Made by a program: the position numbers and the translations under genes. This document shows positions 53,351 through 64,000 of a stretch of DNA of 64,000 nt, piece by piece (the first letter of the stretch is position 1; every line of letters begins with the position of its first letter). The stretch is taken from assembly GCF_022045235.1 (NCBI RefSeq), contig NW_027266286.1, positions 28,334,001-28,398,000 on the forward strand, given 5' to 3'. The DNA is from Haliotis cracherodii (taxonomy: Eukaryota). The notes under the pieces are model-generated. The model was not told the origin of the DNA, searched no databases, and worked only from the letters and a program-made list of their open reading frames with translations.

Positions 53351-53587
53351 TGTGTAATAAATCAGAGTTAATTTGCTCGTCATCATCACAGGTACTTTCT
53401 GATTGTTCATGAAAGAGAGATTAAAAAATCTGTCGGGTTACTTGTGTGAAGCAGATTATTAGAGTGATCAAACCCATGGGTTGTTGAAATGTTTGACATA
53501 GATTGATGATGACCGGACACAGTTCAGATCGCATTCATGGCTGTGGTAGATTCAGTGTCACAGACGGGGACCCGGATACGGGACATA

Positions 53588-53760
53588 CAGTAAAGTACGT
53601 TTATAACGAACACGCTTATAACGAACTGACGGATATAACGAACTGATTTTTTTATCCCGACTATTTGCTATTGTTATTCTGTATATGCTTATAACGAACT
53701 ACGGTTATAACAAACTAAAGTTAGTGGTCCCTTTGAGTTCGGTATAACCGTAGTTTCCTG
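53588..53760. mobile_element. Tc1/mariner/pogo-type MITE, 173 bp
   Basis: TA|CAGTAAAGTACG...CGTAGTTTCCTG|TA with internal TTATAACGAA repeats. The empty site is visible in the inverted paralogous copy near 58655. Confidence 0.8.
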
Positions 53761-54422
53761 TATAGGCACTCACTGTTGACGGAGGTAGCTGCATTGACGA
53801 GGAACACAAGGTTACCTTGTGGTGAATCAATATCGGGTTTTTTCAGTCATTGCTGACATTATTGTTTGCTTTTGTAGATAAATGTCTACATATGACAACG
53901 GTTACGTCTGAACAAAGTAAGAGGTATAAACAACAATTTCGTCAACTGTTGATAACATTGTCAACATACTGAGACCTGTTGACACAGTTTGGCATATGTT
54001 CATTTTTGACACCCTTCATACCTAGGTTATTGATTCACCAATAATGATGCTAACTATAAAAACTTTAGGATATCAATAATTTGGAGGAACTTTATGATGA
54101 TAAATGGTGTTTGTATCAGAAGTACCGTAATGTACAGAGTGTATGAGCCGAATACACATTGCTGTGACATCGCGTCTATCTGCCATGCAGACGGTTCATG
54201 TTTCTGTGTGCTCTGGTGTTTATGGAAGGACGATACCAAATTAAACATAGTTGATGGTAACAACAAGAATGATTTTGGTAATAAGTCGTTCTGTGCGTGG
54301 CTGTGCGAATGTATGTAGTGTTAGTAGTATGAACAGTAGTGGTTGTCATGGTGGCAGCAGTTGTAATCATAATGATAATACTAATACCGTTTGTGTTGGT
54401 GATAGTAGTAGAGTTCACGGCA

Positions 54423-54430
54423 TGTGTGTG

Positions 54431-54461
<31 letters not shown>

Positions 54462-54493
54462 ATGCATGCGTGCGTGCGTGCGTGCGTGCGTGC
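54423..54493. repeat. (GCGT)n microsatellite
   Basis: Direct reading. Confidence 0.95.
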
Positions 54494-54984
54494 GAGTGAG
54501 TTAATGGATATAATATATTGATGTAACAAATGTTATATTTGGGATAACACTTTCTCAGTAAAGTACAGATTCTAGTACTTTTGGGGATTGAGTCTCATCC
54601 GGAGTGAGTGAGGCACCTAACGGCCAGCTGACAAAGTCTGAGATCTGACCCAGTCAGCCACTGAGGCTTCCACAAAAATGTTATATCCTTGACACAGCTG
54701 TTATATTGTTATGACTGTATTCATGGTTTAACCATAATAACACAGTCACCGAGGCCTCTCTACGCAGTGCTAACCTTGTTAGATCCGACTGTTTCTTGTT
54801 ACACTTGTTATCTTTATGAGAGTCTTCGTGAATTAGGCCTGACACGACCTTCCACGGTCGACATTACATTATTATGGTGCAATGTTAGTGAGGTTATATC
54901 TTGTATAAATGGACAACAATTTTGGGCTTCCTTTTTGTCTTTGTCATTGAACTTTTGTAAGCTGAGCCTTGCGATCAGATAAAT

Positions 54985-55027
54985 ATGAAGACTGTTGCTC
55001 TCGTTGTTCTAGCTGTGTTTTTTTGTG
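54985..55027 (+). pseudogene. Kazal paralogue D, orphan signal-peptide exon in inverted orientation
   Basis: ATGAAGACTGTTGCTCTCGTTGTTCTAGCTGTG encodes MKTVALVVLAVFFC, homologous to exon 1 of the intact gene. The donor reads ATTAGT; homologous TATA context at 54904. Confidence 0.65.
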
Positions 55028-56129
55028 ATTAGTGATATATATAGATGACTACACGGTAAGTGATATATTACTAAAATGTATCTTCCCTAATATGCAATAA
55101 CCGAAATAGGCTGGAGATACAATAACGTTAACATAGACAATTAAGAATTGACCTTCACTTTGTGTGAGTTCATTGGAGTATGAACCTTCATAGAATGAGG
55201 GCCAAACTGTATGAACGTCGGAGCTTGCGACGTATATCGTGTAAACTTCAAATTAAAAAATCATTATACTTTAACATGTAATGGATAGTGTTATCGATGC
55301 AATAAACCATTTCGATAAACTCGATATCATGATCCGATATAATATGCAACTAAGGTCACCTAGCAGGAAGGACCTTCAAGTTTCATACTTCGATTAAATG
55401 TCTGAATAACTTAATAAACTATAGACAAACTTTCCAAACAACTTCAGACGGGGGTTAACCAACATTTTATTTATAAGTTGGTATTTCAATGTATATTTTT
55501 AACGGGCATTGTCCTTGATATTTCGCGGCTGACAGCGTCAGCTGGGACTCCTGTTATGCTGCCCAGCCCAATGCATAAACGAAATATTTATTAAATATAA
55601 TCCGCAAAGCATAAACTCAGGTTCTTTGTCGGGTGTATTTTAAGTTTTAGGGACAACAGAGACCTTCAAATTTGGGCGTTTTTGTAGTTGACTCTGACGT
55701 CATATCCTTTGTTTCACAATGAGCGGTATGATATCATGATAGTGGCATGTGATATAGAAAAAAAAACTTACAAGGTTTGATTAATTTGGTTTTGGGGTTC
55801 ACACTTCATGTTAGCTTATCCGGAATAAATGCGAATAACAAAGCATCTCGATGTTGAAAAAACAATGTTCAATCATATCAAACACCATGCTTTTTTCGAT
55901 GTTTTCGAAACTCAGATTGACAACCAAACTCAACCATTGGTCGTTTTTTCCGTTTAGCACAATTGGCAGTGACAAACGGTCAAAGGATACCGTTATCTTT
56001 AATTCCATAATGTCGGCCAGTAACTGGAACCGATGTCCACTTATATATAATTACCATGTTAACCTTTTAACCTTTTAACGCTTTAACGTCCTTTCATAAT
56101 TGTAGGTTTTATGGTAAAGAGGTACTTAT

Positions 56130-56232
56130 ACGCACTTAAACTGACATTCGTTGCCATAGACATTTAGGTTAGTGCCACATTTCGGCTCATATATCATGGG
56201 ACAGATGCACTGTGCGGAGGTCGAGGTGCTGG
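56130..56232 (-). pseudogene. Kazal paralogue B, isolated exon 2
   Basis: 103-nt exon encoding STSTSAQCICPMIYEPKCGTNLNVYGNECQFKC with an intact acceptor. The donor reads ATAAGT instead of GTAAGT; no matching exon 1 or adjacent exon 3 was found. Confidence 0.7.
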
Positions 56233-56564
56233 CTGGCAGGAGGAGAAAGCACAAACGTGAAACTTCTTGAAATTTCAAGAACGGTCCCAATTTATGATCT
56301 GATTGATGTATAAACAATTCTTTTCATGTGAATAAAGACATTTGACATAATGAACTTATTGAAAATATTATGAAAATAACAAGCGTGACATTACAATAGT
56401 AGTATCTAACAAGTTTCACACGTTTTAGATTGGCCTAATTATAACATTATAATATCTGTCTCAGGGGCATTGTACAGTTTATTTGTGAAAGTTTACTTTC
56501 ATCAAATTTCATATTAATTATATAACACTGACTACAATGGTGTATTTATTTTTTATTTTGTATC

Positions 56565-56842
56565 GGGGGGTAAGGGTGACCTAGTCGTCTAAGGCGCCGC
56601 GATTCGCTAGGTATAGTTGCGTCTCTTGGGCACACCAGAAACCTATGATTGAGGGTTTGAATTCCGATTCGCCCCGATTATGTTTCTAGGTTTGTCAGCA
56701 CCATACCCGTGCTCGTGGGTTTGAACGAAGTGGTAAACGTCTGAGACCTGCATCACTTCGGGCTTTCCTCCCACAATAAGCTGACACGCCTTCATATAAC
56801 TGGAATACTGTTAAAAGCGGCGTTAAATCCAACTCACTCACT
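56565..56842 (+). mobile_element. SINE family 3 copy
   Basis: Near-identical to 61257-61532. Confidence 0.85.
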
Positions 56843-57365
56843 ATTTTTTATCAGATATAACTGACCTTATATTTCACAAGAACTAATGTGAGTAGAATAC
56901 ATTATTCCATCATTCCACGCTGGCAGTTTGCAACAGATGGGCATGAATTCACAGCCGTCGTATACATTACAATGTACTTTGATCTTTATCAACGTAAAGC
57001 TTAACATACTATTTCGACCCTGAAAACTGAACATAACAAATATGTGTCAGATTTTCTTTGCCGTGTGGAAAGCCGTGTCTGTATATTGTGTCTCATAGTT
57101 ATACATAATTATTATTTCATGATACCAGCTCATTATTGTTGGGTAGTGTGTATCCATAGCTTTATGTTGTCATCCGCGAAACGCACAAAAAACAAATTAA
57201 TGATAGAATAAAAAGATTTATCAATATTCCCTGAAACACAATATGTAAGCACCTGCAATTACATATAACAGTAATGACATTCTATAAATTATTGCACATA
57301 GCTTATTTCGTGTTTTAATGTGTCCCTTTTATGATGACTTGTCTGTTTTGAGACAATAAAACTAG

Positions 57366-57665
57366 GTGAGGTGAAATGGGGTTTAACGTCGCGTCCAAGA
57401 TAATTGCACTTATAAAGCGACGTGCATGTACGTGTGTGTGTTTGTGTGGCTTCTTGCATTTGTCCTGACTGATCATGTCGATTTTTAGTGCTAGCTCACT
57501 GAGATACCATGCGGCAGTTTAACATGAATACCCCACTCAGACACAGTTTTCTGAATCCAAGCCGACCAGTCCTTGCCAGACAGGGTAACAGCAAGTACCA
57601 TCTTTCAACGTCTTTTGGTATGAGGCGGCCGGGGCTTCGGTCGGACGCTCTACCTCGGAGGCGGT
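57366..57665 (-). mobile_element. MetaSINE-like SINE (family 4)
   Basis: GATTTTTAGTGCTAGCTCACTGA...CCCCACTCAGACACA...AGCCGACCAGTC...GTCTTTTGGTATGA resembles the Meta domain as I recall it. A second partial copy lies on + near 59215-59345. Confidence 0.6.
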
Positions 57666-58049
57666 CTGACAATAAAACTAAAGGGTATGAAATACGTGGA
57701 GCTAGTATCTGGCACATGTCCAGTAACAAATCATCTACTGACATTAATGCCCTCTTACCCATGTTTCGGGATAACCACCAGCAACTGGAGGAATGTGAAG
57801 GTCATATTTACACACACTCAAACGCCTATGAAGCCTATAAAGCCATGCACAACCCATGTCGGTCTTGACACAATCAACTTCACATTACTTCGTGGGACAA
57901 GACGGGCTACTTGGAAAGCTTTTAAATAATTTTGTATCCATTGTATGCGATTTCTCAGGTATTAAAGGGAGAGGAAATGATGGTTGTCTCATCAATTCTG
58001 CATATCAGTTGGAAGCTTCGTCTCGCCACCAACAACCGTTCAATAAAAA

Positions 58050-58207
58050 TGAGTAAGTGAGTGGGTATGGTTTTACGCCGCTTTTAGCAATATTCTAGCA
58101 TCATCACGGCGGGGGACACCAGAAATGGGCGTTACACATTGTACCCATGTCGGGAATCGAACCCGGGCGAGCGAACGCTTTAACCACTAGGCTACCCGAC
58201 CGCCCCC
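58050..58207 (-). mobile_element. SINE family 1 copy
   Basis: Same consensus as 343-497, with a similar internal deletion. Confidence 0.85.
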
Positions 58208-60481
58208 AATCAAAATGAAGACTCATGTATACCCTGTGTAGACGCAATGTAATGTAGCGTCAAGCTAGGTGTAACTAGAGGTGTTGAAATACTTTTGCAA
58301 GAAAAGAATACATTCATACAGGTCATGTGCTATGTACTAATGATTGTAACGTTTTTAACATTATACCTAAGTTAGATCTATACATTATCATACAAGACAG
58401 AAGCATTTGAATAGGCAGCCCGAACAACTACCGCATATTAATGATAGGATTCGTACTGTAACTCACTATCAGTAGACTAATCAGTGGCCAATAGGAAGAG
58501 TTTAGCTACAAATAAGAGTAACATTTTATTGCAAACTAATCGCGTATATCCTCGATTTATACTGGGAAGATACTTACAAATTATGGTAATAATAAAGCGT
58601 GTTAACCTTGTGTATGTTTCTTTAGTTCACCCACATCCGTCAACAGTGAGTGCCTATGTCCACGTACCCGGTCCCCGTCTGTGACACCGCCTGAGTCTAC
58701 CACAGCAATGAATGCAAGCTGAACCGTTGCTGTCTTCGTTGATTCGTGTAATGGTATCCATATTGCGTACTAAATACGCATGATGTCGACCACTGGAACC
58801 AGACTCGATTATTTTCATACGGCCGTCATAGAGCTAACATATTGCCGTCGGTTGACATACATATCTGGGAGTTGGCTAGGAGGCTGTCACAGGTTAAATT
58901 ACATAGAATTTTAGTATTTACACTGTGTTGGGCAAGATGTCAGCTACGTCTGTGCCGCCTCTTTTTGTGTGGGCTTTCCTTCCGAGCTGCCACGTTCCAC
59001 GGACTTGGAGTCCAGATTCGTAACCATGGTCACCATTGGTCAGGAATAGTGAAATAACAGAAATAAGCACTTTTGATAATTTAATTTATTTAAATCTATT
59101 AAATCTGAAGTTACACTTCGAACACAGATATCATTCTTTGTATAAAAAAATCAATACAATTATATTTCAACCAAATTGGCACCCTCAACAGTAACCTTCA
59201 TATCAATTCAAACTGACCCATACCTCACACAACAAAAAGGACGAGTGAAAAGATGGTGCTTGTCGTTAACCTGCCTGGCGCATTGAGGAACGAAACAAGG
59301 ACTGGTCGGTTTGCAGTGTACTGAGTGTGATCTTCGTGTTAAAACTGGGGGATATATAAGTTTAGACGACATGTATCAGACATATCAGACTGCACTTGTG
59401 GGTATCACTTTGAAGACGCAATTTCTCTTTTTCTATACCTGTCAAAAATACCATAATATCAGAAACACTATGTACTTCTACACACATGGGTATGATTTAA
59501 AAACGATATTACATGGCAATAGTTCAGTTAGCAGTTCTACAAACATGACTATTCTTAAATTAGTTCACGATTTCATTGTCAAAAGCAAAAGATTCGAGTA
59601 GCTTAATTTTATGCATGTAGTAATGGAAAACTGCCATATCTTATTTCACAGAAACCACTTGTATTGGCTTCATATATTTCATTTGTGCATTTAGTATGTT
59701 TATGTTTAGCACTATCTTACATTATATAATCTGATATATGACCAGTTGTTGTAAAGTTATTACCTGGAGAGGTATTTACATAAGCAAGTTTTGCTTGTTT
59801 ACCGATCCAGATTTCTTTTGAAATAAAAATATGTTTAAACCAAATAGCCCCTCTTGTCCCACGAAGTACCGTGAAGTTGAATGTTTCAAGACCGATGTGG
59901 GTTTTGATTTGCTGTATACGCGTTATAGGTGTTTGCCCTTTCACATTCCACCAGCTGCTGGCACAGAAACCTGGTGTCATGTTTTCTAAAAGCATTCCCG
60001 AGAACACGTTGGCGATCAATCGAAAATATTTGATTCTGATTGGTCAGTCAAAGATTACAATCATTATATCCGCCTGTGATTGCCACAGCTGATGTGACGT
60101 CCGCATCACAGAAATCACTTTTTCCTTTAGCATTGTTAGAAGGCATTTTGAAATATGCAAAATAGCAGTTTACAAAATGCGATTATTACAATTTTACGTA
60201 GGGCAATGCATTTGGGTAGACATCACGATAGAAATCTACTAAGAGAAACTCAGTGTATTTAAAGTCTTCGGGACAAAAATGTCTTTACATTTGGAACTTT
60301 CTATTTTAGAGTGTGACAACATATCGTGTGTCATTGAGCCATGTGACGTCAAACCAGCGACGTGTTGTGTTGAACTAATTCTTCATGTCGACTTACGAAG
60401 TATAAACAAGAGTCTTTGAGCGGAAACAAGCGATACTTTGTTTCAAGGCAAATATCGATGTTTCCTTAGTTCAAATTGACA

Positions 60482-60621
60482 AGGGCAGTGGGGTAGCCTA
60501 GTGCTTAAACCCGAGTTTGGTTTCCCATATGGGTACAATGTGTGAGGCCCATTTCTGGTGGCCCCCGCCTTGATATTGCTGGAAAATGCTAAAAGCGGCG
60601 TAAAACAATACTCACTCACTC
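60482..60621 (+). mobile_element. SINE family 1 copy
   Basis: GGGTAGCCTAGTG head, body and (ACTC)n tail. Confidence 0.8.
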
Positions 60622-60818
60622 AGATCGACAACCCACTCAAAACTTTTTTTCCATAAGTATATATGTGGCGTGTTGTTTTTGCTTAATTCGTTTATGATTA
60701 CACAATATGTTCACACGTACAAGTTTGTCATGTTGTGTAAGTGGTCAACGGTGTCCGATTCATATTATGCACTGAAAGTTCGCAGTGATCATGGGTTCCA
60801 ATACCGGCTCGTCGTTTC

Positions 60819-60963
60819 NNNNNNNNNNNNNNNNNNNNNNNNNNNNNNNNNNNNNNNNNNNNNNNNNNNNNNNNNNNNNNNNNNNNNNNNNNNNNNNNNN
60901 NNNNNNNNNNNNNNNNNNNNNNNNNNNNNNNNNNNNNNNNNNNNNNNNNNNNNNNNNNNNNNN
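60819..60963. other. Assembly gap (145 N)
   Basis: Run of Ns. Confidence 1.
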
Positions 60964-61163
60964 CAACCCGTGTTTGCCGTAAGAGGCGAGTAATTGCGGG
61001 ACTGGGTGGTCAGGCTCGCTGACTTGGTTGATGCATATCATCGTATCCCAAAATCGTGGATCGATGCTCAATCACTTGATTGTCTGGTCCAGATTCGATT
61101 ATTAACAGACTGGCGTCATATGGCTGTAATATTACTGGGTGCGCTTTAAACAACAAACAAACA
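60964..61163 (+). mobile_element. SINE-like family 2 copy (5' end in gap)
   Basis: Consensus match starting right after the Ns. Confidence 0.8.
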
Positions 61164-61256
61164 ACCTATAAAACCTGACTTCAGTCATGCTCTATATCTA
61201 TGCGGCTCGCATTTCGGTAACCCTACACTGACCCCTCATGAATCCATTTCCGTGGT

Positions 61257-61532
61257 GGGGGGCACGGGTGGCCCAGTCGTCCAAGGCGCCGCGATTCGCT
61301 GTGCAGAGTTGCGTCCCTTGGGCACGCCAGAAACCTATGAATGTGGTTTCGAAACCCGGTTCGCCCCGATTATGTTTCTAGGTTTGTCAGCACCATACCC
61401 GTGCTCGTGGTTTTCACCGAAGTGGTAAACGTCTGAGACCTGCATCACTTCGGGCTATCCTCCCACATTAAGCTGACACGCCGTGATATAACTGGAATAC
61501 TGTTAAAAGCGGCGTTAAACCCAACTCACTCA
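61257..61532 (+). mobile_element. tRNA-derived V-domain SINE (RUDI-like), family 3
   Basis: Head GGTGGCCCAGTCGTCCAAGGCGCC, B-box-like GGTTTCGAAACCC, V-domain-like GTTTGTCAG...GTGGTTTTCACCG...TCCTCCCAC, (ACTC)n tail; TSD CATTTCCGTGGT. Confidence 0.85.
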
Positions 61533-61876
61533 CATTTCCGTGGTTCTCGTGATCTCAAAATAACAATTAACGCTTAAAACATATTGAAGCAACTTCTTAA
61601 TTGAACGTCTATCTAAAAAATGCCTAGTTTGAGACAGCCACGGATTAGTGAAACGTCATAGGTCTACAAAGAGAAGCCCAAATATATAGTGGTGCAAGTT
61701 TTTCTGTGTAAATTGCTGTTTGTTTCTATTATGTGCTCATAAGATACAGGCTCAGCGATTCATGTCATTACTGTATTTGGTTATTAGTACAATGAACTCC
61801 ATGAATCCTAATATTTTGCTCTTTCAGTCCTTTTACAAAAGAAGGATACACTCTTCGAAAAATTATCTCAAACTTA

Positions 61877-62122
61877 GACCCGTGAGGAACCGGTGAGAAG
61901 AGGTCTTCAGCATCCCATTCTTGATGTAAGAGGCGACTATGGGATCGGGTGGTCAGGTTCATTGACTTAGTTGATGCATCGTATCCCAATTGCGTAAATC
62001 GATGCTCATGATGTGAATCACTGGATTGTCTGGTTTAGACTCTATTATTTACACACCGCCCCCATATTGCTGTAATATTACTGTGTGCGGCGTTAAACAA
62101 CAAAAATGAAAAACAAACAAAC
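61877..62122 (+). mobile_element. SINE-like family 2 copy just downstream of the Kazal stop codon
   Basis: Consensus match, antisense to the Kazal 3' UTR. Confidence 0.85.
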
Positions 62123-62202
62123 ACTGTTGCAATAGGATTTAGTTCGTGCACAGGAAATCTACATCCACTGTTTGACGATTCTGTAGGAGATGCCGTGTAC
62201 GC

Positions 62203-63934
62203 TCAGTTGGTGGTGCAGCTGTTACCGGTGATGCTGTATGTCCCAGCATACTCGCTTACTCCACTGCAGAAAATAAACGAGTAAACTGAATTTCAATACA
62301 TTTAGGAGATAAACATACTGGGGGTTTTATTTTAGAGCTGGGTCACCTGTTGATTTAACCGCACTAAATTGAATTTGGAAACGACCACACAACAGTTTAA
62401 TAGTGACTTGGGGAAAAAACGCGATACTAAATGGTAAATCGTTGGTTTCAAATCAAACTAACCACATCTTATTGTAACAGTTGATTTAACGACTTCTTCA
62501 CCGCGGGGGATACTATTTCTAACAAAGTACTTTTTCTCAGTTATTGTCGGTAGGCATCGTGATATATGTACACTGTGTACCAATACATTATGGATAGAGA
62601 GCAGGCGCCGACCAAGCGAGTGTATTTAAAGTTTGAGGGACAACAGAGAGCTTCAACTTTATGTTCATGGTCAAAACGTTACCCTACGACACAGCTGTGC
62701 TACACACGTTCAATGCCTGTAATGATCGTAAATGATTGTCTCAGTGGAAATACTTTTAAAAAGATTGGTTTCTCCGTTTGCCATTGTTGGCAGGTTAAAT
62801 CGGTAAAAGAATAACATTATCATTAAATCCACGACTTTCGCTGTTGAAAATAGCTCTGATGTCCACTTATGTTTTAAGGAACTTCCAATAGTAGGATTTA
62901 TCGTAAGTAATGTGTGTACTTACGCACAATTGAGCTGACATTCGTTGCCATAGACCTTTAAGTCAGTTCCACATTTCGGCTGATAGATCATGGGACAGAA
63001 GCACTCTGCGGAGGTCGAGGTGCTGGCTAGCAGGAGGAGAAAAACATCCGTGCTTTTTATGTAATCTTAAAACATTTTGCAAACATTCTCGTGAGACGTC
63101 AAGTGTACATTAATAAGTCATAACACGGAGCTTAACATCGCTGACATAGGACTTAGGGGCTTTGATCACCTCACGTTAAACAAGCGTTAAGGAGATCTCA
63201 GGTTTTATATGTGTTGTAAATAAAATGCCACTTACCACTATATTAACAATCAACACCATCAGGGTGACATGTAAGAAACTCAACCGATATGACTGGGTAA
63301 GAGTTTGCTCAGTGGGAAATTGCTCCTCTGGAGGTTATTGAATTCGTACATCAAAACAATCAGTATTGCAGATGTATCTCGGTGTATCAGTATGTTGATG
63401 ATGATAACCTGAGGTGATTATCTTACACGTGTACCACCATGGTGAGACCCGCGGACACGGGGAAGGTGCTGATAAAGTGAGTGCGTGAGCATAGTTTTTA
63501 CGCCGCTTTTGGCAATATTCCAGCAATATCACGGCGGAGGACACCAGAAATGGGCTTCACACATTGTGCCAATATCGGGAATCGAACCCGGGTCTTCGGC
63601 GTGACGAGCGAACGCTTTAACCACTATGCTACCCGACCGTCCCTGTCGACAAAGAACTATAATTAGGGTGACGTGAGATTCGAACCAACGAACAAACGTT
63701 TCTTGACTCTAGCTGCTAAATCATGGTAATGTATCGATCCGCTTTTACTATCTGAAAATCACGCCTTCATCTCGATCTACTGAAGTCGATACTGATTTTG
63801 CTGCGGTCTCCACAAGAACAAATGTACTAAAACAGCTTCATACCATTGTTCCCAAACTATTTATATAAAAGTCTAGTGTACTCACCACAGAGAACCACAG
63901 CTAGAACAGCGAGAACAACAACAGCAGTCTTCAT
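62203..63934 (-). CDS. Secreted single-domain Kazal-type serine protease inhibitor, 70 aa
   Basis: Exons 63934-63886, 63026-62924, 62263-62203 splice in frame to MKTAVVVLAVLAVVLCASTSTSAECFCPMIYQPKCGTDLKVYGNECQLNCAGVSEYAGTYSITGNSCTTN. This is a signal peptide plus six Cys in Kazal spacing with PxCGTD..Y.N.C. Confidence 0.9.
63477..63644 (-). mobile_element. SINE family 1 copy in Kazal intron 1
   Basis: Full-length consensus match. Confidence 0.85.
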
Positions 63935-63977
63935 CTTGATGTGATAGCTCATTTGATCATACAACAATTTCTGGTCT

Positions 63978-63984
63978 ATTTATA
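63978..63984 (-). promoter_or_regulatory. TATA box of the Kazal gene
   Basis: TATAAAT about 45 nt upstream of the ATG. The context TTGTATAAATrGAC recurs at 54901-54914 upstream of the paralogous signal exon. Confidence 0.55.
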
Positions 63985-64000
63985 CAAAATATGAAGTCAC

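Noticed and set aside
54094-54529. Cys-rich and His/Thr-rich ORFs
   Set aside because: Products of the (GCGT)n microsatellite and low-complexity flanks; no exon structure recognised.
60670-61071. ORFs spanning the N run
   Set aside because: Artefacts of the assembly gap.

Overview
AT-rich, intron-containing animal genomic DNA with one 145-N gap at 60819-60963. It is most likely a mollusc; the SINE families resemble those I recall from abalone and bivalves, which is inference. The left 38 kb holds three intact paralogous GT7 glycosyltransferase genes (beta-1,4-Gal/GalNAc-transferase, bre-4-like), one on + and two on -. They share identical internal exon sizes (233/188/123/105 nt) and a short extra terminal exon. 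All three carry Ala at the donor-specificity position (bovine B4GALT1 Tyr289), and two carry Lys at the Arg228 position. The right 18 kb holds one intact three-exon secreted single-domain Kazal inhibitor gene (70 aa, P1 Met) plus three broken paralogous pieces. Repeats include a truncated Gypsy element with its 3' LTR, Tc1 and LINE/Penelope relics, and four SINE-like families. One of these has a structured non-tRNA 5' head that covaries with a LINE-like 5' end in the window. There are also MITEs, a minimal hammerhead motif in an intron, foldbacks and tandem arrays. All alignments and folds were done by eye.
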